Positions 47,901-64,000 of a stretch of DNA of 64,000 nt are shown piece after piece. The notes beneath the pieces were generated by a model, which was not told the origin of the DNA, did no database searches, and worked only from the letters and a program-made list of their open reading frames with translations. This DNA is from Euglena gracilis (Eukaryota). The stretch covers positions 22,766,954 through 22,830,953 of the forward strand of contig CP154954.1 of the NCBI GenBank assembly GCA_039621445.1. Direction: 5' to 3'. Made by a program: the position numbers and the translations under genes. Position 1 is the stretch's first letter, and each line of letters opens with the position of its first letter.

Positions 47901-49990
47901 GTGTGTTGGTGATTGCATCTTTTTTTTATTCTATCTCTGGCTGTGCTCATGCCGAGGCCGCAGGCACATGGTTTTTGTCAAGAAAAGAGGGGCATGGGCC
48001 CTCCACCACTCTAAATTTTCAAACCAATGCGGTCCAGTTGGCTATCTTCTTTCTTCACCGTCTCCTGCATTTCGCTGGGCAACGGATTCGGTCGCCTTCT
48101 TGGTCCTTCGACTAACAAGAGGTCAGTGCAAGATTGCCCAACAGTAATGCTCATTGGCTTTTCAAAGGACGCCTTCACCGATGACCCTGTTGCCAACCGC
48201 CAGTGGTTGAGTCCAAAAGGCTGCAAGCTGCCCCCCCCCCCACCCCCCACCCCCCACCCCAGGCAGACGCGTGCATCACCGCCACACCGCCCTGCCCCCC
48301 CAGGTGAAGCAGGCGCGCGTCGTCGTCCAGGATGGCAAGTCGCGGGGCTTTGGCTTCGTGACGTTTACCAGCCCGGAGGAGGCGGTGCGCAACGGACTGC
48401 CCAGGAACGGCTGCGAGGCGCCGTCGTCTGGTCGCGCCCCGATCCCAGGGTGGCACAGGCTTTGAAGGAAAACTTCCGCCGGAGGAGACAATTTTGTTTT
48501 GGTATTTCTGGGCACAGAACTTGGGGCGGGAATGCTCTTTGCCCCTCTCCTTTGCACCCCTGCACCTGTTTTTTGTTGTTTTCTGTGGAAGAAAATTGTT
48601 TCTGGTTTTGGATTGTGAGGACGGATGAAACACACTTCTGATGTTTTTATCGCGTCCAGTTGCACGTAACCCTTTGAGTCAAACCCCCCACCAAATGGTG
48701 CAGCATATGCTTCTAAAAGGTTTCCAAACGGTATAACAGGTTTATCTTTTGTCTCGATTCAGTGGTGGGAAGTGTGTTATTTGCGCGAGTCTAAAGAAAA
48801 TTCTGGCTCCAAGCACTCGAAAATTTGTGGAAATGATAAAAAAAATGATCAATGGGAAATTTTTTTGTTTACTCAGAATGGGGGGGACTGGGGAGTCCAA
48901 GACCCACCTGGGACGGATGAAACAGAGCCCGGGGTGGCACGCCGCTCGTCAACGCCCGTTTCTTGTCGCCGATGGTGCATGCCCACACATTGCAGGGGAA
49001 CACCCTCGACGTGAAGAGTGCAGTCCCTGGTGCGCCTCATTCCCCAGCCTCTGCGCGCTCCCCCCTCGCCTTTGCCTGGTCAACTGGTCCTCCGCCCCCA
49101 GCCAAACGCTCAAAAGAAGAACGAGAACCATCTTTCCATTCCATACAGCCGAGAGTTAACTTGCCTATTGGATGGACGGCTGTCACGCTTCTGCTTTTGT
49201 ATTTGTGTTCCCTTCCGTGGGAATGGGCTGCAGCGAGGCCAAACGTCGGCCAGGGACGGCAAGTGGACCCCCCCCCCATTGCTTTAGTTGGGCAAAGCAA
49301 CTCATCGCACCACCTTCAGCGTCAGTCAGCTCAGAGTTCCCTCCAGGGGGCTGACTGGGCGCTGTAGCCTCTGGGCGGGAAATGGTTGAAGTGCCTCCGT
49401 TCCCGGGCCCCTCCCGTTGCGGGCCCGCAGAGGAGGAGCTGGCGACGGTGATGCGGACGCGGCGGATCTTCATCGGGGCGTTGCCGCCCACCGCCACCAC
49501 AGAGGTCCTGTGGGAGCACTTCCAGCAGTTTGGACGGGTGTGCGCCGCCTTCCGCCGGTGGCTTCGCCATTCAGGGGCGTGGTGCATGCCTGGAGACGTG
49601 CCAGGCGACCGGCCTGTGGGCTGTGAAACTTTATTACCGTTCGACCCCCCGGGGGGGGGGGGGTCCGTAGCCCAGCTACGAGCTGCTGGCTGGAAAGCCT
49701 GGCGTTGTGGTGTGTCGGCCGGGCGGTGAAACCCAATGCCGGTGTCCTCCGCAACGTTGCCCCAGGTCCCTGGCTCAGTGTGGCGCCCCCCCCCCTTTCT
49801 TTCCCACTCCCCGGTGTCCTCGTGCCTCAGCCCCACCCCCTTCCTCCTCCCCACGCAAATGGCCAGCCACCGGCACTGCTTTCCCCACCTGATCCAGCGC
49901 TATACGGAGCTGCTGCCCCTCTGCGATGGGGCCATAGATTCTCTTAAACCCCCAGAGAGTGATCAGTCTGGCCTGGTACAAGTGTTTTCA
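43153..49990 (+). CDS. Multi-exon RNA-binding protein with 3-4 RRMs (Musashi/hnRNP A/D-like)
   Basis: Exons near 43153 (YFVGGL), 43623 (RGFGFVT), 44436, 45081 (CFVGAL), 45387 (CAFVTF), ~46390-46583, 47350, 47824 (YFVGGL), 48304 (RGFGFVTF), ~48970 and 49430 (IFIGAL). Most introns are GT-AG. The 3' end is uncertain. Confidence 0.85.
44780..45050. repeat. (CA)n/(CACC)n microsatellite (intronic)
   Basis: Visible directly in the sequence. Confidence 0.95.
46277..46360. repeat. 11-bp tandem repeat GTGCAGTGCGG
   Basis: About 7 copies. Confidence 0.9.
46584..47349 (+). other. Non-conventional intron (AGC-CAG...CTG-GTCGC)
   Basis: Removal joins GQYGKRPN to PPPKPPRTALG in the frame that leads into RRM3. 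The interior is MITE-like. Confidence 0.65.
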
Positions 49991-50361
49991 AGGGTTTCGG
50001 GCAATTGGCACCCCCCCCCCCAAGAGAAGCACGGGGCCACCACAAGCGCAGGGTCCAAATAAAAGCGCCTCCCCCCTACGAAGGTGGCGGTCCAGCACCC
50101 CCCGTTTATGATAAGATATCTGAAGGAAACCAACAAAAATCACACGGCTTGGGTCCAAATACCAGCGCACCCCCCCCCCTCGCCGCCAGAGGCGGCGGTC
50201 CGCGCACCCATGCTTCTATTAGGCTGGGGTGGGAGGTTAGGTTTTGGTGGGTGAATGGGTGGGTGGGTGGATTGATCTCCCTGGGGGGTCGTGCGTGGGT
50301 GGGCACCTGAAAGAAGGTGGGGTTGGGCCCAAGGAAATGCGTATTCACGAAGGGAATGCCT

Positions 50362-51991
50362 ATGGGCAGGGCCACCCTCATCGTGTGGGACGTGGACGAC
50401 ACGCTGCTGTGCACCACCGCCACCGCCGGGCCCCGCAGCGCCCAAAGGCCCCCTGGCTCCCGTTGCATGACGTTCACCGGCCCCGTCCGACCCGCCCCGC
50501 CGGGCGCAATCCTCCAACGTTTTACGCGGAAGGTGGACACCACACTGGCACACTTTGCACCGGCGCGTTGTTCGCTGTCCAGTGAGGCATCACACGTTCC
50601 ATCCCTTCCATCCCTGGCTCGCCTGAGGCAAATCTTTGCCCGGTGGGGTGAGGCAGCGGTCGCATTCAGGCTGTTTCTCACCGCCAAAGAACACCCCCCT
50701 CCAGGCAGGGATGTCTGGGAAGCCTGTCGGTGTCCGGTATAGGTGGGTTGTTGGGGGGCCCGGACCCCCCCCCCCCGGAAGGGTGCCCGGACTCCCAGCC
50801 CCCCTTTTCAGGTTCCAAAAATAGCGAAAAATTTTGCGGTGCTGCGCACCTTAAAATGCGACGTTTTTTATCTTTTGGTGTTTCCCACATAAAATTTTTT
50901 CGAAGAATTCGAAAACTGAGCTTTTTGGGGTTTTTTCTTAAAGAAAAACCAGGGACCTTTCAACGATTTTGGCTGGTATCCAGCCTTTTGACCGTCCACA
51001 GAACCGAAAATTGTCCCGGCCCCTCACCTTTTTGAGGTAGGAAGGGGTCCGACCCACCCCTCGTTGGGGGAGGGCTTGGACCCCCAGGGCTTCCCATACA
51101 ACCCCCACCCACCCCCCCCCCCCCCCGGGGGGGACTACAGCACAATTGTGAACAGGTTGTTCACGACACTGTCGGACTCCGTGGGTTAGCCAACAACAGC
51201 GTTGTTGCCCTCTGGCCGCTGGGACTTTCCCCAGAGGAGTGTTTGCCTGCGGCCTGGTGGACGAGCAGGGGCTGGCCGACCTCCTCGCAGCGTGCCGGAA
51301 CCTCCCCGCCCAGGCTCCTTTTTCCCTTGGAAAGCCCCCCACCCAGGGGGTGGGTGGTTGGGTGGGTGGGTTTCGACACAAAGTGCAGGAAAACTGTTAG
51401 AAATGCCGGGTTCCTGCACCCCCCCCCCCCCGGAGTCCCGTGGTCTTAAAACCAGCCTGACCCCCGACCCCACCCACCACCTACTGCTGACCGCCGGCTC
51501 TGTCACGGACCTTTTCATACGGCAGAGCGACCGCCACGTGCCGCGCCTCCGTCCCTTCCGCCGGCATTTCGGCGTTCCCCCCAGGCCCCCACCCGCTCCC
51601 CTCCGTGTGCTGAAGAGCCCCTCCCATCCTGAGAGCTGTCTTTTTTTGTCATAGTTTAGTGTAGTTCAGTGTTTTGTTCACCGGTGGCCTTCTAATTTGA
51701 TGAGCGGACTCCGGCTGTACTTTTTGAACCGAGGACCTGTCTCTGACCCTGGGCAGTCACATCTTCCAATCAGGGTTGTTTCTGATTTGCTGCATGTGTT
51801 TGGGAGGGTGGTACGCTCCGGCCCTCCTTCCAATGGCCAAAGGAACAACCCTGCTCCAGCTGCCCGACAGTCGTCATTTCACGCTGGATGGGGCCGTTGG
51901 CATATCGACGAAACGGGACGCCCTCCCGCCCTCTTCCCTCTGCATCCACCTGGAGGATGCCTCAAAGTTGTGTGTGTGTTTGGGTGTGTGT

Positions 51992-52069
<78 letters not shown>

Positions 52070-54000
52070 CAAAGCGCTGGTGATGGTGGGGGTTTTGTGG
52101 ATTGAGTAATGTCAGGGGGATTTGGCTTCTGGGGACCACACCAACCACACAAGGTGAGTGTATGTCCCCACAGCACTGGAATAACACCAGAGTTACTCAC
52201 CTGGCCAGGGGGAGCAACAAAGGAGTACTGGTGTAAGGGGTCCCTGGCCACTCACCACACAACTGGGCCAGAGGCGAAGTCAGCGAAGTCAGACAAGAAG
52301 CCTTAGTGCAACTTAAGGGGGGATTTGGCTTCTTGTCGCCCAATGGAGAGCACTCTGACTCACAGAAAACACGTAAATTATTGCTCGGTCAGGAAATGGC
52401 TCCAAACAAACGCCACAACGCACCTCGCGGGGACAGCGGGGACTCCCCATACCACACCGGCCCGTGCGCTGTGCTGCGCGCGCTGGCCGGCGGCGGCGCG
52501 GTCGGCCGGGTGCTGCTGGTGGACAACTCGCTGCAGGAGCTGGGGGTGGTCTGCCCGGCCTTCCCTGCCGCGGCCAGGGCGGGGGGGGGGGGCGGCAGCC
52601 GCGGACACGGCCATTCGTATCGTGGCCGTGGCTGTGGTCCAGGGCATACCATTGCTTAAGGTGTGTCCGCCCCCCCCCCCGGGTGACTGACTGGTTTTTG
52701 GCTTCCAGACCCCCCCAAGGGGGTCGGCCAGGATTCGCTGAAAGTGACCACCCAGCGCCAAAGGCTCCGGAGTTTTTATGGCCAAGGTTCTTTGATTTTC
52801 CGACATTTTTGGCCGAGTGGCCAAAGTGATCGACCCCCCTCCCGTGGGGGGAGAAAGTGGGTGACTGGTTTTTGAAAAGTGACTGACTTTTTTGAAAGTG
52901 GAAACCCCCTCCCCCCCCCTCGGGGGTCGGTAAGCAATGGTATGGTCCAGCCAAGCCCCGTCTCATTGGGTTCGGATTGACGCTTGCCTTGGGACACAGG
53001 GGATTGCCATGCACCCTCTGGGATGGCGGCATCGCAACCGTCAGGGGTCGGGGTGAACTGTGAAGCCCGATTGAATACGCCGTGGTGTTGCGACGATGCT
53101 CCGGTGTCGGGGGCGCCGGAAACCTGGTCCTCGCCGCCCTGGATGCGACGTACGCCGACCCGGGGTGGCGGGGGTGCATCGCCGCCGAGGGCGTCCATGC
53201 GGCGCACCCTCTTCTGGGCCGCCGGGGCCGGCGTTGGCTGCAAGGGTTTTGCATTTTTATGGCGACATGGTTTTATCTGAATACATGCATACGTACATTT
53301 ACAAGTGCATCCCCTGTCAGAAAATTTGTGAACCTTTTTTTTTGTTCTCTTTTTTCGAGTTTCGCCAAAGTCCTTGGGGGGACCCTAATGGAGTCAACCC
53401 CTTGCATTTCACAGCGTGGCTACCCCTCGGTACTTGCAGACAAAAAACCATAATCATGTTATCCTTGATAACCCAAAGAAGCATGGAAGGTTGTTCTCTC
53501 CCACTGAACACTGGCCCCCTCCCCATCGGGCCTCAGACGTGTTCAGCGGGGACCTCGTGGCATTCTGACCAAAGAGTCCCTGAAGCCCGTGTTACCCCAT
53601 CCTCTTGGCTTGGGGGGTGGGGTTAGTAGGTGCATCCAGCCAAATCTTGGCCTGAAAAAAGCATTTTTAGGGGTTTCGGCCTATTTTTGGATTTGGCGGG
53701 CTCCCCCCTGAGGGTGGGGGTACAGGTGGGTGGGGTTTCAAAAGTAGGTGGGTGAGTCTGGGGCGCTGGGAAACCTGCCGCCCGGAGGGAAATCGCTAAG
53801 CGAATCGCTGGCTCCGGCAGCGCCTCCCGCCCGCCCCCGCCCCCGCCGCCCGCGTGACGCTGGTCCATTTCCGCCCCGCCGCCCCCCACAAGGTGCTGCC
53901 CAGGGAGCAGCCCGCCACGGACGAGCAGTACGCCGCCCTCCGCGAGAACTGCGAGGCGTTCGGGGCCGCGCTGTGGGCAACCTGGCCCTCGCCTCCCACC
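50362..54000 (+). CDS. Multi-exon HAD-superfamily hydrolase-like protein
   Basis: LIVWDVDDTL (motif I), LLLTAG (motif II), ISTKRDAL (candidate motif III K) and VLLVDNS..E (motif IV) fall on successive exons. The 3' end is approximate. Confidence 0.7.
50703..51464 (+). other. Non-conventional intron (AGG-CAG...CTG-ACCCC)
   Basis: Removal gives in-frame LFLTAKEHPPPDPTHHLLLTAG. Confidence 0.65.
51968..52067. repeat. (GT)n microsatellite
   Basis: Visible directly in the sequence. Confidence 0.95.
52645..52944. mobile_element. hAT-like MITE with a degenerate 8-bp TSD
   Basis: GTCCAGGG-CATACCATTGCTTA...TAAGCAATGGTATG-GTCCAGCC, with GTGACTGACTGG subterminal motifs. Confidence 0.8.
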
Positions 54001-54537
54001 CCTGCCGCGCACCCTGCCGCCGCCTCTGCCCCCCCCCCACCCCCCCTCCCTCTGGGGGTCATTGGGGGTTGGTAATCAGTTGTATGCGCTGGACTCCCTG
54101 ATTTGTCCTCACAGGGACCTTGTGCCCAATTATTTTTCTGGAAACAGTGTCGGGGGAGGGGGAAATGTCTGCCTTTCCTGCGTTGCTGCGCTGGTGGGCA
54201 GGGCTGAGGCCAGGGCTGAACGGGCATCCTGGCAACCCTATGGGTGGTGGGTGGGGGTCGACCCCTCGCCAAGCCTTCCCATGTGCCCTGGCTGGGACAT
54301 GTCGAGGGGCTTTCCTGTCCCATGAGCGTATGCTCCCCTCCTGTTGTTGCGTCAGCTCCGTTGGAGGTGAGCCGGTGGCAGGCACCACACCACGGCCAGC
54401 CCCACCGCCCGGGACCTGCTGGCCCGCCACCAGTCTGCAGCGCAGCTGGTTAGCCGCCCACAGCCCTCCCCCCCCCCCCCCCCCCGTCCCTAAGGCTGTG
54501 GGCCCCCCACCCCCCCCCCCTGCGCCAGAGAGTGGTG

Positions 54538-63061
<8,524 letters not shown>

Positions 63062-63214
63062 GTCGGCCGGGGCGTGGCCAGGGCTGACTGGGGCTGCGGG
63101 GGGGGGGGGGGGCTGCCTGGCGCACACCCCCTCAGAATGGTGGTTGAAGGCATTCTGCAACTGGTACTGTGCCATCTCTGTCGAGTGCCTCGCCCCCTTT
63201 GTGCTGCACGCTTT

Positions 63215-64000
63215 CTGTGTGTGCGCACTTGCGCGCGCGCATGTGTGTGTGTGTGTGTGTGTGTGCGTGCGTGTGTGCGTGCGTGCGTGCGTGCGTGCGC
63301 GTGCGTGTGTGTGCATGGGTGGGTGGGTGGGTGTGCGTGCTCACGCGTGTTGGTGGGCGTGTGGTGTGTGTGGGTGTGGGTGGGTGGGTGGGTGGGTGGG
63401 TGGGCATGTGTATGTGTGTGTGTGTATGGGTGTGTGCATGCGGGTGGGTGAGTGGGTGGGTGGGTGGGTGGGTGGTTGCATGCAGGCACGTGCGAGTGCA
63501 AATCGAAACAACACGCGCGAACTCCGCCCCTCTGTCACATGCGCCCACTCGCACCCAAAGATGCATATGCGCACGCACGCGTACAGGTGCGCACACAACA
63601 AGCGTGACGCGCACGCACACCCACCCACCCACCCACACCCACACCCACACACACGTTCGTGCGCCAACCCACCCACCCACCTACACACGCACACACACAT
63701 ACGCGCTCGCGAAACACCCACCCACACACACACGCGCGCGCGCACGCGCGCACCCACCCACCCACCCACACACGCACGTGCGCACACACCTACCCACCAC
63801 CCACCCACCCACCCACCCACCCACCCACCTACACACACGCGCGCGCGCGCACGCGCGCGCAACCGCACACTCGCGCACCCACCCACCCACCCACCCACCC
63901 ACCCACCCACCCACCCACACACACACACACACACGCACATGCATACACCCATACACACCCACACCCACCCACACCCACCCACCCACACACATGCGCGCGC
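63215..64000. repeat. Complex GT/CA microsatellite arranged as inverted halves
   Basis: (GT/GGGT)-rich to ~63480, then (CA/CACC)-rich to the window end. Confidence 0.9.

Noticed and set aside
52567-53855. One large TSD-bounded intron (GCCGC repeat) in the HAD gene
   Set aside because: The frame does not fit cleanly, and a plausible exon (~53080-53220) lies inside.

Overview
Eukaryotic, repeat-dense nuclear DNA, most likely from a euglenid. This rests on EF-1alpha fragments resembling Euglena EF-1alpha and on exons joined across non-GT-AG introns of the N3-CAG...CTG-N5 type. The first ~40 kb is a transposon graveyard. It holds a degenerate DIRS1-type tyrosine-recombinase retroelement, an unexplained 4.4-kb cassette of orphan ORFs bracketed by inverted structured DIRS-end-like sequence, several CRE/SLACS-like RLE non-LTR fragments, a pogo element with TIRs, an intron-containing DD37E Tc1-like element split by a MITE and an inversion, a hAT-type BED-finger fragment, EF-1alpha pseudogene pieces and many MITEs. 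From ~43 kb there are three multi-exon + strand host genes: a multi-RRM protein, a HAD-family hydrolase and an actin-fragmin-kinase-like protein. The main observation is that CAG...CTG (and CAT...ATG) MITEs here make 8-bp target-site duplications (TSDs). One such insert sits in-frame inside a kinase exon with an exact 8-bp TSD. The 3+5 nt offsets of euglenid non-conventional splice sites sum to exactly 8, which suggests these introns are hAT-like MITEs whose splicing removes one TSD equivalent. Gene models were assembled by eye, homopolymer lengths look unreliable, and no database search was run.
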